The notes under the pieces were generated by a model. The model saw only the letters and a program-made list of their open reading frames with translations, did not search any database and was not told the origin of the DNA. Shown in pieces: positions 27,835-28,104 of a stretch of DNA of 28,104 bases. The position numbers and the translations under genes were made by a program. This DNA is from an uncultured delta proteobacterium. Lineage in GTDB: Bacteria; Desulfobacterota; Syntrophia; Syntrophales; UBA2185. The stretch is taken from contig CAVSPA010000013.1 in NCBI GenBank assembly GCA_963729715.1, positions 1 through 28,104 of the forward strand, given 5' to 3'. The stretch's first letter is position 1. Each line of letters begins with the position of its first letter.

Positions 27835-27885
27835 GCCTAACAAAATCAATACAACCGATCGCTGCGCTCCGGGCGGTGAGTTACT
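27835..27885 (+). repeat. Degenerate attC site
   Basis: GCCTAAC-AAAATCAATAC..CGCTGCGCTC..GGTGAG. The right-hand R' box is degraded. Confidence 0.5.
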
Positions 27886-28104
27886 CGCTCTCTACTCGTA
27901 ATCATCAGTCCTGACAAATTATCACCACTCACCCTTTGTAGATGAACGAAACAGATGACCACTCTGTATCTTCCTGAAAGAGAAATTCCTCAAGTCTTCC
28001 ATTAGACGTAACATTTCTTGTGGAAATCAACAAATGTCATCTCTTCTGAATTACGAAGGTCAAAGAAAGAGAAGCCAACATAATGCATTTAAGAGGAAGC
28101 CGGA

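Noticed and set aside
27890..28104. Possible toxin-like remnant on the minus strand (SGRYRVVICFV)
   Set aside because: Fragmentary, interrupted by stops and at the window edge.
1..28104. CRISPR array, tRNA or rRNA genes
   Set aside because: I saw no regularly spaced direct repeats and no tRNA or rRNA signatures.

Overview
Accessory, AT-rich-spacer region that looks like an anaerobic deltaproteobacterial (Desulfobacterota/Syntrophorhabdus-like) genome; the taxonomy is my inference from gene style. From left to right: (1) an ORF-less group II intron (855->27, minus strand) nested 18 nt inside the 5' end of a second group II intron, with a matching EBS1/IBS1 pair; (2) an ArsR-family regulator with a Cys-rich tail and a ChrA transporter; (3) a higBA toxin-antitoxin pair; (4) a cytochrome c cluster ending in a Cyc2-like cytochrome-porin fusion; (5) isochorismatase-like, HD-domain and caspase-DUF1566 genes; (6) a sigma54-controlled catabolic module: cupin, metallo-beta-lactamase-fold hydrolase, solute symporter fused to winged-helix domains, ferredoxin, AOR, DsrC-like protein and a PAS-AAA+ activator; (7) a Tat-exported protein split by an in-frame TGA followed by a SECIS-like hairpin, a candidate new selenoprotein; (8) integron-cassette-like genes with attC sites, a tyrosine recombinase, a second higBA with a frameshifted toxin and an Ntn-hydrolase. 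Several genes carry single lesions, which may be decay or sequencing error. All calls come from reading motifs by eye; no searches were run.
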